DNA of 64,000 nucleotides from Ylistrum balloti (Eukaryota): positions 930,001 to 994,000 of the forward strand of contig NW_026782015.1 of the NCBI RefSeq assembly GCF_031769215.1. The letters run 5' to 3'. Of the stretch, positions 11,301 through 26,300 are shown in pieces. Both the position numbers and the translations under genes were made by a program. Position 1 is the first letter of the stretch; each line of letters starts with the position of its first letter. The notes beneath the pieces are model-generated. The model was not told where the DNA came from. It worked only from the letters and a program-made list of their open reading frames with translations, and searched no databases.

Positions 11301-14300
11301 TATCAAGCAACTTACTTTACCTATACCAGAACCTACGTAGGATTATAGGTAATTTAAAATATCTTTTATCTATCTGATTGAATACCAAATGTTAGCTGTC
11401 AATGTGCAGAATGTATCGCCCAACAGACATATTGACATTATTGTGGAAACCCAGTGAGGCGACTCTCTACAAGGCTATGATTTAAGTCAGTGAGGGGACA
11501 GACCTAGGTAAGTCATTCCCCACATTGGGACTGAGCCACGCCTGACCGCACCTCCACAGGGCCTACTGGACAGACGCGGCCCAGATTATATGTATTGTGC
11601 CTGTTGGTATTTTGTATTCCTGGTCTTAGTTAATGTTTGCACTGGAGTTTATGAGGAGATTAACTGGGGTCAAATCTTTGTGAGCAGGACTGTCCACCCC
11701 AGGGAGTGCTGAACTCTACATGTATTGTTGACACTGGACTTAATACTCTGGACTTACTGTACGCTGCAGACTTCAATATATCACTCCATTCTGATGTCCA
11801 ACATTTGAAGGATTAGAAAAAAATTTCTGACATAGGTGAGTTAATGCAAAAATGCAAAATCATAATTTGAGATGAAACTATATGGGACAATGCTTTCCGA
11901 AGGGCAATGGTAGAACATGTACAATTTATACACACTGTCAACATGGCTCTCTTTGGTAGTAACAGGGGGACACATGAGGACAGTTTCTGTAAACAAGGCT
12001 CTCTTTGGTAGTAACTGGGGGCACATGAGGACAGTTTCTGTAAACAAGGCTCTCTTTGGAAGTAACAGGGGGACACATGAGGACAGTTTCTGTAAACAAG
12101 GCTCTCTTTGGAAGTAACTGGGGGCACATGAGAATAGTTTCTGTAAACAAGGCTCATTTTGATAGTAACAGGGGGACACATGAGGACAGTTTCTGTAAAC
12201 AAAGCTTTTTTTGCTAGTAGCAGGGGGACACATGAGGACAGTTTCTGTAAACAAGGCATTTTTTGCTAGTAGCAGGGGGACACATGAGGACAATTTCTGT
12301 AAGCATCACTCTCCATGGTAGTAACAGAGGGACATATGAGGACATGAGTTTCTATAAACAACTCTCTTTTTTAGGTCCCTGTATCAAAAAGTATGGGGGG
12401 TTGTTAAACAAAATGAAATGTAAGATATGTTAATCTTTTTTAAATTAATCAAAATAGTAGGAAGAGCACAACAGCTGAGGCCAGGTATAGTAATACTGTG
12501 ACTGCCGACATTTTTTAAAATTATTTAAATCAAACAAAACTAAGCTACTATTTCTTGTATATTGATAACTATTATAAACAATTAATTTCAAATTTTCTAA
12601 ATTTTTCTGTATTCCTACTGTTCTCTAAGGAATGACCTGTTTGAATGCCAGGGTCACAAATTAGTAGGAGGTATTTCTGATGTACATGTACTGATATGCT
12701 GTGAGGATCAAACGATTCAGTCAGCCTTAAAAGAAACCTTATAGCACATGCTTCAGTAGAAATGCTATATATAACAGGATATCAAATTATGAATTAGTAA
12801 TTAACAGGTAGAAACTATGAACATATTAGATTACAATGACTGCATACCATTTCACTTATATCCAATCAGATACCAGTACTGTAGACTAAAGTATATACTA
12901 CTTGGAAAATTGGTTTCAGGTGTTGCTTTTTTTCCTTAATATTTGAATTTTGGATTTTAAGTGGACTGTGTATACCAATATGGGATCACCCTAAAACCTT
13001 GTACACAGACACTTATAACATATGCTCATTGGACATTTTCTCTGCTGGTATTATATAAAATTTGCTTGTCTTGTCCAACTGCAAAATGTGATCAAAATCT
13101 GGGCAAGACTTTGGGAGAGGTGGGTCATAATCACCTCAATTATTCCTATTGGATCCTGTCCGTCTCACCCTCAGGGTCACAGCTACTATAATTGTAAAAC
13201 TATGATTGTCCTCCCCCAAATATATTTTCAAACTTGGTTAAAATCCATTCAGGAGACAGGTGGAGTAAACTTTTTAAAGGAGTCATTCATGGACAACACA
13301 CAGAACATAATATGGTTATAGCCATTCTGACGACTTTGATAACCAAACAAAAAATCTCAAAGGATATTGGTACAATCATGGTACAATCTTAATTAATTTT
13401 ATTTAAGTTTTTGTTCATTATTTCACTTATTTGCTCTGAATCATCCATTATGTTTTTTTTTTCTGTTATTACCAAAATTGAACATGCATGAAATTTGAGA
13501 AAGACCCCTCGGAGGTTTAAAAAATTGTGATAACAATATTTAACTGTGTAGATATAAGAAGAAGATGTCTGCCTATATTGTTAATTCTATATTACTGATC
13601 AATCCCAAAATTTAACAAATACAAGTAAAAACAATGGGAACATACACATGACGTTTGAAAATGATCTCAAGAGAAAGTGATTAAAAGAAGAGGATGGATG
13701 GACAAGTTATAGACCAATGAAGGGCTACTAGTAAGCCAATCATTTTATAAAAGTCAGAAATATGAAAAGTAGTGGTCAAGGTGTAGGAAATATCAACACA
13801 TCTGTCTAAGAGTTGATATGGCTTGAGGAGGAAATACCAGGACTAATGTTGTGTGGGCAGTACCAAAGCTTGAGGAGGATAGGTTCTTAAAGCCAACAGT
13901 GCCAAATGTGATCACATGATATACACAATGTCTGGCTACCTTTTATAACATTGTATTTTTAACACAGATATTTTACGCTATACTTGCGTTTTGCTTGTGC
14001 CACTATTGAACATATGCCACCTATATTAACCTCTGTCTACTAATTCTATGTATCTCTACCAGAGCCCAACACTATGACTATTGTTATGGAATATCATAAT
14101 GCCTCATTAAATTGCAATTAGTTAATAACTTTTGGCCTACATAAAATCCTTGTGTGTATATCATACTTAAAACTATGTACCATCACACCTCTTAAATATG
14201 TAGCACCTGAACTTTTGTCATGTTGATGTTTATTCATTAAACAAGTGTGTCCAGGGTTCTGCTGTACAATCTAACTAAACATTTGCATCTGTGAGGAAAA

Positions 14301-17300
14301 TCGCCTCCATCTCTTAAGGGATGTTGATCTTGATGAGGGAGACGCTACTATAAGGGCAATATTATTCTAGGATATAAACCCTTCATTGTGTTAATATCAT
14401 TATAGGACTCATCTTTTCACAAATTTACATAAACTTTACAGGCAGAGAAAAGGAAAACATACTATACAACCCGACCATGTACAATGTATACAATGATCCT
14501 GTAGGCTGATCCTATCTAAGCTGTTATTCTGTATCAATATTACTGTGACACAATCAATCCCACCGAAAAGACTGAAATTGAAGCCTGGAAGCTGATTTCC
14601 TGAGCTGCACCTGTGGGGGATTCTATCAAGAAAATAGTTTCACTACCTGTTGACTAATTCTCATTCAAACAAGAAAAGCAAATCCATGTAAACAAAATTC
14701 CAGCACAGTTAACCTAGCAGGACATATTGATTTCTTGTCACATCTCTCACTGATCAATATAGCATTTCCTATTTTCCATATATGCTTCAACTCATGACAG
14801 GTATACTGCTATCAACTCCAAGTACCACAGCTAGCTGTACTTCAATATCTGGTTAATGTTATGGTCATGGGCCATTACAACCAACTCTCAGCACCACAGC
14901 TAGCTGTACTTCAATATCTGGTTAATGTTATGGTCAGGACCATTACAACCAACTCTCAGCACCACAGCTAGCTGTACTTCAATATCTGGTTAATGTTATG
15001 GTCAGGACCATTACAACCAACTCTCAGCACCACAGCTAGCTGTACTTCAATATCTGGTCACTGTAATAGTCAGGACCATTATAACCAACTCCAAGTACCA
15101 CAGCTTGCTGTACTTTAATATCTGGTTAATATTATGGTCAGGACCATTATAACCAACTCTCAGCACCACAGCTAGCTGTACTTCAATATCTGGTCACTGT
15201 AACAGTCAGGACCATTATAACCAACCCCAAGTACCACAGCTTGCTGTACTTTAATATCTGGACAATATAATCGTCAGGACCATCTTAACCAACTCTCACG
15301 GCTAGCTGTACTTCAATATCTGGTTAATATTATGGTCAGGACCATTACAACCAACTCCAAGTACCACAGCTATCTGTTCTTCAATATCTGGTTAATATTA
15401 TAATCAGGGCCATTACAACCAACTCTCAGTATCACAGCTAGCTGTACTTCAATATCTGGACAATATTATCGTCAGGACCATCTAAACCAACTCTCACTAT
15501 CACCGCTAGCTGTACTTCAATATCTGGTTAGGTGTCCAGATGTGTCAGGTTTACTGTAGTGATACACTGGACTGTACCGATGTGTTAGTTAAAACTGTAG
15601 GTTACACTGGACTGAACAGGTGTGTCAGGTAAATTGTAGTGTTACACTGGATGGTACAGGTGTGTCAGGTTTACTGTGGTGTTACACTGGACTGTACAGG
15701 TGTGTCAAGTTTACTGTAGAGTTACACTGGGCTGTACCGATGTGTTAGTTAAAACTGTAATATTACACTGGTGTGTACAAGTGTGTCATGTTTACTGTAG
15801 CGTTACACTGGAGAGTACAGGTGTGTTAGGTTTACTGTGGTGTTACACTGGACTGTACAGGTGTGTCATGTTTACTATAGTGTTACACTGGAATGTACAG
15901 GTGTGTCAGGTTTACTGTGGTGTTACACTGGACTGTACCAATGTGTTAGTTAAAATTGTAGGTTACACTGGACTGTACAGGTGTGTTAGTTAAAACTGTA
16001 GGTTACACTGGACTGTACAGGTGTGTTAGTTAAAACTGTAGGTTACACTGGACTGTACAGGTGTGTTAGTTAAAACTGTAGGTTACACTGGACTGTACAG
16101 GTGTGTTAGTTAAAACTGTAGGTAACACTGGACTGTACAGGTGTGTTAGTTAAAACTGTAGGTTACACTAGACTGTACAGGTGTGTCAGGTAAATTGTAG
16201 TGTTATACTGGAATATACAGATTGTACAGGTGCCTAAGTAAACTGTAGGTTGCACTAGACTGTACTGATCTGTCACATTAAATGTATGACAGGATTATCC
16301 AATAATCATTCCTACTGGTATATAATTACACTTGATCCCGTTAAATCTTACCTGTATTTACAATGTCCCTCATAATTTTCTTCTCCCACTAGGCATTGGA
16401 TTGTCAGTGTTTATTCATAATGCAAAGAAATTCTGCTAAGAAATTTTGAAATGCACCAACAGTCAAAGAAATAAAACTTCTCTTCACCTGAATACACTGT
16501 CTCAAAGGTTACAATGCATATTAAAATGTTGAAATGTAATACCTTATCAAATCAGCATAAACACTTTATAACTGATCTGCATTGTAATAAAAATATACCC
16601 GTTAAATTAAATGTCTATTTCAAAACTAAACAATATTTAAATTAATTGAAAAAAAATCTACAAATAAATTTTCCTGTGTGCATTTTGTTCTCAAATTTCA
16701 AATAATAGAATTCTATTTTGCTGAAAGTACATATTACTGGTATGACTGATAATTAAGTAACAACTATCTTCCTGATCACAATACAATTGTGTTTTCAGCA
16801 TTGTTATCCTTGTCAATCCTAAATACAAGAGTAACCCAGTGAAGCATATCAACTGGGTCCTGGTTCATCGGTAATGAAATAGTTATAAATAATAATTTCA
16901 TTGGAATAGCAAACTTTATTATCCCTAAAGTATATATTAATGGATATCACACACCAATTGCTGTAATCAATAGAACAGCTGTTTATTGTGTGTCAACTCA
17001 ACTCACAAAACAACGTTCTAATCCCCATTGGTTAAATGACATTTATCGGAAAGTTCAGCGGGTAATTACATACACATATTTATCTCCATGATAAAAAATT
17101 AAATGCAGCCAGGTATGAAGACTTCAGTCTTGAGTAAACCTAGTGGATAGACTGGTATGAACTATACCAGTGGGTAGACTGTGATGTAAATTAAATCCAG
17201 TGGGTACACTGTGCTGTTAACCAAACCCAGTGGGTGCAATGTAGGTTAAGTTTTAAATAAGGGGAAAATATAGTGTAAACTCTACCAAGCTGGTCGACTG

Positions 17301-20300
17301 TGGTGTAAAATATACCCAGTGGGTAGGTTGTAATGTATATTAAACCCAGTGGGTAGACTGTAATGTAAATTAAACCCAATTGGTAGACTGTGATGTAAAT
17401 TAAACCCATTTGGTAGACTGTTGTTTAAACTAAATGCAGTGGGTAGACTGTAGAGCTAACAAGTCCCAGTGGGTAGACCATGGTGTAAACTTTACACAGT
17501 GGGTAGACCGTAGTGTAAACTAAACCCAGTGGTTAGACTGTGGTGTAAACTTAACCCAATGAGTTAACCATGGTGTAAACTAAACCCAGTGGGTAGACCA
17601 TGGTGTAAACTTTACACAGTGGGTAGACCGTAGTGTAAACTAAACCCAGTGGGTGGACCATGGTGTAAACTAAACCCAGTGAGTAGACCATGGTGTAAAC
17701 TAAACCCAGTGAGTAGACCATGGTGTAAACTAAACCCAGTGGGTAGACCGTGGATTAAACTAAACCCAGTGGGTAGACCATGGTGTAAACTAAACCCAGT
17801 GAGTAGACCATGGTGTAAACTAAACCCAGTGAGTAGACCATGGTGTAAACTAAACCCAGTGAGTAGACCATGGTGTAAACTAAACCCAGTGGGTAGACCA
17901 TGGTGTAAACTAAACCCAGTGGGTAGACCATGGTGTAAACTAAACCCAGTGAGTAGACCATGGTGTAAACTAAACCCAGTGGTTAGACCATGGTGTAAAC
18001 TAAACCCAGTGGGTAGACCATGGTGTAAACTAAACCCAGTGGGTAGACCATGGTGTAAACTAAACCCAGTGAGTAGACCATGGTGTAAACTAAACCCAGT
18101 GGGTAGACGGTGGATTAAACTTTACACAGTGGGTAGACTGTGATGTAAACTAAACCCAGTGGGTAGACCGTGGATTAAACTAAACCCAGTGGGGAGACTG
18201 TGATGTAAACTTAACCCAGTGGGTAGACCATGGTGTAAACTAAACCCAGTGGGTAGACTGTGATGTAAACTAAACCCAGTGGGTAGACGGTGGTGTAAAC
18301 TAAACCCAGTGGGTAGACCATGGTGTAAACTAAACCCAGTGAGTAGACCATGGTGTAAACTAAACCCAGTGGGTAGACCGTGGATTAAACTAAACCCAGT
18401 GGGTAGACTGTGATGTAAACTAAACCCAGTGGGTAGACTGTGATGTAAACTAAACCCAGTGAGATTAGACTGTGGCATTAACTAAACCCTGTGGCTAGAT
18501 AGTAGGCTAAACTTGCAAAAACCAAGTCCTGTGGATAGCTTGTAACATTTAACTCAAATTTCATCCCATGAGTATTCACTATCTCTATGCTGTTTATTTA
18601 TGCATCTAGACTGAATTTGTACAGGAAATCCAATCAGTTTTTGATACCTGTTCAATAAGCTCTCCCTAGATTGAGTGGCTGATCACTTTCGTGTGGACAA
18701 CCTATCAGCACACACAGCCAACCCTGGACAACTCTGCATAGATCACAGGTGATTTACTGACCATAACCAGTATTGACTGTTTATCTCACTGGTGACACAA
18801 CAGTCTGCTGGACCGAACCACTGAGAACAGGACATCTTAGAATAACCCTGACCACTCTCAACACAGAGTTGGATATTATCAAACATTGCCACATAGAATC
18901 TGACAACTCAACAGTGACATAGTCTGGACAGTGGTTTTTGACATAAGCCTCAATATTGGATATATCTTCATATGATAAAAATTATTATAATATTGCATAC
19001 AATTTATAGTTCCAGCCAGGTATATCTGAGTGTAGACTTGTCATCGTGATGGCCTGGATTTTATGCTACCTTACTATGTCTTGCTTAAGCTAACCTTACA
19101 TTAAAGCTTAGTCTACAGCTTAAAACAAAAGACAATTGTTCACTTTGATCATTCTGACACACGACATGATCCAAGAAGAGGCAATCTAGTAATGAAGGCA
19201 ATGAAGATAAAAATTTACAGGGACTATAGAATGGAAATGTGTGGAGGAACAGACCTTAAATAGCTTCTCCTTCACCTAACATAGACAACCTCACAGTCTT
19301 CTGTGATGTCTATATAAGGTATTGAACTGTAAATGCTTTCACCTGAGCCATAGTTAAGACCCCTACAAAGGAAGAACTTGTACTGATGACTTGGGGACAT
19401 ACCTAGTGTTCAATCTCACTGAAAGTCTACTGGATTAGCTACACAAGGTACCTTTCTTACTGTGTAGCACCTTGTTGACACCCTAGATGTGTACTTTTTT
19501 TAAATGTCTACGAGCTTTTCATCAGTGTAACATTACTTCAACAATCGAGCATTCAATTGGGAAATCAAACATGCTAGAAAGATGTAAGCTGTATCGAAAG
19601 TATTTCATCTGATGTATGACCAACTCCTGACGCGTATTTAATCCCTTCAGAATATCATCAAAACGATCACTTCATAGACATACTGTGGCTACTACTGGAC
19701 ATTTACCTGATTGGATTGGGATTTCTGTGGAAATTTAAGAACAAACAGGGAAATATGTGTAGTACAAGTGTGGATGATGAGGGCTGTCAGAGGCTGTTCT
19801 CACGGGTAAGGTGTTGAGCAATACTGAAGGTGTATATTATGATCTCATCACTTTACATATATATTTAATATATATGGATTTCAACTTGAGAAAATCATTG
19901 ATTAAGTACATCCTTTGAAATTATCTCTGCACAGAGTTTTAAAGTGACTTGCCTTTGATTGAGAAGACCTTTACACTGAATGGTAAATTCAAAAAATCAA
20001 ATAGGTAATGCATGATGTAGTTTAAAGATTTTGTGAAGGATATCAGATTAATAATGAAGTAATTACAGAATTTTCCTGTGTACAGTAACATTTTAGATTA
20101 ATAATGAAGTTATTACAGAATTTTCCTGTGTACAGTAACATTTCAGATTAATAATGAAGTGGTTACAGAATTTTCCTGTGTACAGTAACATTTCAGATTA
20201 ATACTGAAGTAGTTACAGAATTTTCCTGTGTACAGTAACATTTCAGATTAATAATGAAGTTATTACAGAATTTCCCTGTGTACAGTAACATTTCAGATTA

Positions 20301-23300
20301 ATAATGAAGTGGTTACAGAATTTTCCTGTGTACAGTAACATTTCAGATTAATACTGAAGTAGTTACAGAATTTTCCTGTGTACAGTAACATTTCAGATTA
20401 ATAATGAAGTTATTACAGAATTTCCCTGTGTACAGTAACATTTCAGATTAATAATGAAGTGGTTACAGAATTTCCCTGTGTACAGTAACATTTCAGATTA
20501 ATACTGAAGTAGTTACAGAATTTTCCTGTGCACGGTAACATTTCAGATTAATAATGAAGTGGTTACAGAATTTTCCTGTGTACAGTAACATTTCAGATTA
20601 ATACTGAAGTAGTTACAGAATTTCCCTGTGTACAGTAGCACTTTAGATTAATACTGAAGTAGTTACAGAATTTTCCTGTGTACAGTAGCACTTTAGATTA
20701 ATAATGAATTGGTTATAAAATTTTCCTGTGTACAGTCACATTTCAGATTAATACTGAAGTAGTTACAGAATTTCCCTGTGTACAGTAGCACTTTAGATTA
20801 ATACTGAAGTAGTTACAGAATTTTCCTGTGTACAGTAGCATTTTAGATTAATAATGAATTGGTTATAAAATTTTCCTGTGTACAGTAACATTTCAGATTA
20901 ATACTGAAGTAGTTACAGAATTTTCCTGTGTACAGTAACATTTTAGATTAATAATGAAGTAGTTACAGAATTTTCCTGTGTACAGTAACATTTCAGATTA
21001 ATACTGAAGTAGTTACAGAATTTTCCTGTGTACAGTAACATTTCAGATTAATACTGAAGTAGTTACAGAATTTTCCTGTGTACAGTAACACATCAGATTA
21101 ATACTGTGGTCTTCCAGGTCTGCTCCATGCACATTAGTTACATTTCAGAGGAGTTGTTACTGAATTTTCCTATGAACAGTAACATCTCTCTCTGATAATT
21201 TATACTGAAGTAGTAACAGAATTTTCTTGTGTACAGTAACATCTCTGATAATTTATACTGAAGTAGTTACAATATTTCCCTGTGTACAGTAACATTTCAA
21301 ATTGATAAGAAAGTATTTAAAGAATTTTCTTGTATACAGTAACATTTCAGATTGATACTGAAATAGTTACGGAATTCCCTGTGCACAGTAACATTTCAGA
21401 TTTATACTGAAATAGTTACAGAATTTTCCTGTGCACAGTAACATTTCAGAATGAAACTGAAGTAGTTACATAATTTTTTTGTGTAAAGTAACATCTATGA
21501 TGATTAATATTGAAGCAGTTCAGAATGTCCCTTTATGCAGAAATCACTTTAGTTGACTTGAACAATTAAAATGCCACCATTGTGGAAAATTACAAAGAGA
21601 TACTGTGTCCCCCATTATTAAGGAAAAGTGTTGTGAAAGATGTCAAGCTAGAAGTCATCATATTATGAACAACAAAAATATCAAGTTTAAAGCGAAATGT
21701 GGGAAGCAGGAAAAAATGAAATTTGAAACGACTGTTTGACTCCTGATCATTAAACAGGAAAAATGAACTTCTTAAATAACCAGTTTGCAGCTGTTTTGTA
21801 TCAACTGACCAAAACAGCACACTCAGTATATGCTCTGGGACAAAAAGTAGGGTTGAGGCACAAGAAGCTAATTTTCTTAACACTGTATAGCATAACACTA
21901 TGTGTACATGTATTAGACTAATCTTCAACATAAATCATGAGCCATGCCAAGCTAAGTTTGTATGAAGACTTCTATATTTTCCATTTACAGCTTCATTGAA
22001 CTGTTTACTGGTGGTGACATATCAAAAATAAAAATTGTGTTACTAATAAAGAACAGGTATAGAAATGTTAAGAATCGAGTATGAATACACAGTAATACCA
22101 AACAATGGACAATACAGACTAACGGAACAGTGGGTACATGTACAGGTATATATATAACAGATCTATGTAAACTCTTGTGTGTTTGTAAGAACACTCCAAC
22201 TCATACACCAACCCACTCAGACCATTTTTAAATGCCCTAAAATGTCCTTGACAAATACCTAACTCCTTTATAGTGTTGCTGTGGACTAACATATCCATTT
22301 ACATCGATATATACTGGGAGTGTGGGCCTTCAGCTTAATACTGGTTTCCAGTTTAGACCAGTGTTTTTTAAAATATCAAATGATATATACATATGCAGCT
22401 GTGTATACATCATTGCAAAAGAAAGCAAACTGTATGCGAAATTATCCTTATATCTTATCAGCCTCTGGGAGGCTTCAACCCCCTACCCCCTTTAAATGGA
22501 GATTTGCCCCTGGACAATGACCCCCTACACCCCTAATTCCACCCGTGTACACACCAAAACTGTTTGACTATGTGTGGGCGTGTAGGTGACTTGATAAATT
22601 AGGTCAGTTTACACACACACCTCAGTTGATATAGGTTTCTAGATTGATTAGAAATGGACAGATTTGTTTACTGATGCTCAATTGAGACATATGAATATTT
22701 AAAACACCTCTTGTTACAACTTTAACATGGGAGATGGATTTCTGCATGGAATTTTTGTCCATAATGTAGGCTTGTGATGTAGAACCCATCTTGACTGTGA
22801 TGGTGACCTGTCATCACACCCATTACTTAATCACATCTAAAATTAACCTCTAGTGAAGTGATGACTTTATAGGTTTCTACATCCGATTTTGGAAAGTGCA
22901 AGTCCACAAACATAATGACTGAACCATTATCAGGATTGATGGGCTGTGATGTTGTTGCCACCAAAGGAAACTGTATATAATTATCCACCACACAATTTAT
23001 GACAGTTAAGCACAGGAGTTGGAGCCATATGAGCTGTACATCAATAATACATACTGAAGGTTCATTAGTCTACACTCAGCCTCCACCCAACAACATACAC
23101 AGGTCTGACCACTACACCCAGCCTCCACCCAACAACATACACAGGTCTGACCACTACACCCAGCCTCCACCCAACAACATACACACATCTGACCACTACA
23201 CCCAGCCTCCAACCAACAACATACACACATCTCACCACTACACCCAGCCTCCACCCAACAATATACACAGGTCTGACCACTACACCCAGCCTCCACCCAA

Positions 23301-26300
23301 CAACATACACACATCTCACCACTACACCCAGCCTCCACCCAACAACATACACAGGTCTGACCACTACACCCAGCCTCCACCCAACAACATACACACATCT
23401 GACCACTACACCCAGCCTCCACCCAACAACATACACAGGTCTGACCACTACACCCAGCCTCCACCCAAAAACATACACAGGTCTCACCACTACACCCAGC
23501 CTCCACCCAACAACATACACACATCTCACCACTACACCCAGCCTCCACCCAACAATATACACAGGTCTGACCACTACACCCAGCCTCCACCCAACAACAT
23601 ACACACATCTCACCACTACACCCAGCCTCCATCCAACAATATACACATCTGACCACTACACCCAGCCTCCACCCAACAACATACACAGGTCTGACCACTA
23701 CACCCAGCCTCCACCCAACAACATAACAACTACACCCATACACACATACACACTGACCACTACACCCAGCCTCCAACCAACAACATACACACATCTCACC
23801 ACTACACCCAGCCTCCACCCAACAATATACACAGGTCTGACCACTACACCCAGCCTCCACCCAACAACATACACACATCTCACCACTACACCCAGCCTCC
23901 ACCCAACAACATACACAGGTCTGACCACTACACCCAGCCTCCACCCAACAACATACACACATCTGACCACTACACCCAGCCTCCACCCAACAACATACAC
24001 AGGTCTGACCACTACACCCAGCCTCCACCCAAAAACATACACAGGTCTCACCACTACACCCAGCCTCCACCCAACAACATACACACATCTCACCACTACA
24101 CCCAGCCTCCACCCAACAATATACACAGGTCTGACCACTACACCCAGCCTCCACCCAACAACATACACACATCTCACCACTACACCCAGCCTCCATCCAA
24201 CAATATACACATCTGACCACTACACCCAGCCTCCACCCAACAACATACACAGGTCTGACCACTACACCCAGCCTCCACCCAACAACATACACAGGTCTAC
24301 ACACAGCCTCCACCCAACAACATACACACATCTGACCACTACACCCAGCCTCCAACCAACAACATACACACATCTCACCACTACACCCAGCCTCCACCCA
24401 ACAATATACACAGGTCTGACCACTACACCCAGCCTCCACCCAACAACATACACACATCTCACCACTACACCCAGCCTCCACCCAACAACATACACAGGTC
24501 TGACCACTACACCCAGCCTCCACCCAACAACATACACACATCTGACCACTACACCCAGCCTCCACCCAACAACATACACAGGTCTGACCACTACACCCAG
24601 CCTCCACCCAAAAACATACACAGGTCTCACCACTACACCCAGCCTCCACCCAACAACATACACACATCTCACCACTACACCCAGCCTCCACCCAACAATA
24701 TACACAGGTCTGACCACTACACCCAGCCTCCACCCAACAACATACACACATCTCACCACTACACCCAGCCTCCATCCAACAATATACACAACTGACCACT
24801 ACACCCAGCCTCCACCCAACAACATACACATCTGACCACTACACCCAGCCTCCACCCAACAACATACACAGGTCTGACCACTACACCCAGCCTCCACCCA
24901 ACAACATACACACATCTGACCACTACACCCAGCCTCCAACCAACAACATACACAATCTCACCACTACACCCAGCCTCCACCCAACAATATACACAGGTCT
25001 GACCACTACACCCAGCCTCCACCCAACAACATACACACATCTCACCACTACACCCAGCCTCCACCCAACAACATACACAGGTCTGACCACTACACCCAGC
25101 CTCCACCCAACAACATACACACATCTGACCACTACACCCAGCCTCCACCCAACAACATACACAGGTCTGACCACTACACCCAGCCTCCACCCAAAAACAT
25201 ACACAGGTCTCACCACTACACCCAGCCTCCACCCAACAACATACACACATCTCACCACTACACCCAGCCTCCATCCAACAATATACACATCTCACCACTA
25301 CACCCAGCCTCCACCCAACAATATACACAGGTCTGACCACTACACCCAGCCTCCACCCAACAACATACACACATCTCACCACTACACCCAGCCTCCACCC
25401 AACAACATACACACATCTGACCACTACACCCAGCCTCCACCCAACAACATACACAGGTCTGACCACTACACCCAGCCTCCACCCAAAAACATACACAGGT
25501 CTCACCACTACACCCAGCCTCCACCCAACAACATACACACATCTCACCACTACACCCAGCCTCCACCCAACAATATACACAGGTCTGACCACTACACCCA
25601 GCCTCCACCCAACAACATACACACATCTCACCACTACACCCAGCCTCCATCCAACAATATACACATCTGACCACTACACCCAGCCTCCATCCAACAATAT
25701 ACACACATCTCACCACTACACCCAGCCTCCACCCAACAACATACACACATCTCACCACTACACCCAGCCTCCATCCAACAATATACACACATCTGACCAC
25801 TACACCCAGCCTCCACCCAACAACATACACACATCTCACCACTACACCCAGCCTCAACATACCAACAAATATACACAGGTCTGACCACTACACCCAGCCT
25901 CCATCCAACAATATACACACATCTCACCACTACACCCAGCCTCCACCCAACAACATACACACATCTCACCACTACACCCAGCCTCCATCCAACAATATAC
26001 ACATCTGACCACTACACCCAGCCTCCACCCAACAACATACACACATCTCACCACTACACCCAGCCTCCACCCAACAACATACACAGGTCTGACCACTACA
26101 CCCAGCCTCCACCCAACAACATACACACATCTCACCACTACACCCAGCCTCCATCCAACAATATACACATCTGACCACTACACCCAGCCTCCATCCAACA
26201 ACATACACACATCTCACCACTACACCCAGCCTCCACCCAACAATATACACATCTGACCACTACACCCAGCCTCCAACCAACAATATACACATCTGACCAC

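Noticed and set aside
11813-12293. Overlapping 70-150-aa ORFs
   Set aside because: Translations of the 51/52-bp minisatellite.
17649-18478. Repetitive ORFs (RPWCKLNPVS, MVYPLGLVYT, GFSLHHSLPT)
   Set aside because: 30-bp satellite translations.
22999-26250. Extensin-like HYTQPPPNNIHRSD ORF and many Cys/Val/Gly/Trp-rich ORFs up to 607 aa
   Set aside because: Arise from the 40-42-bp satellite; frames are broken by 40-bp variants, open on both strands, no splice or start context.
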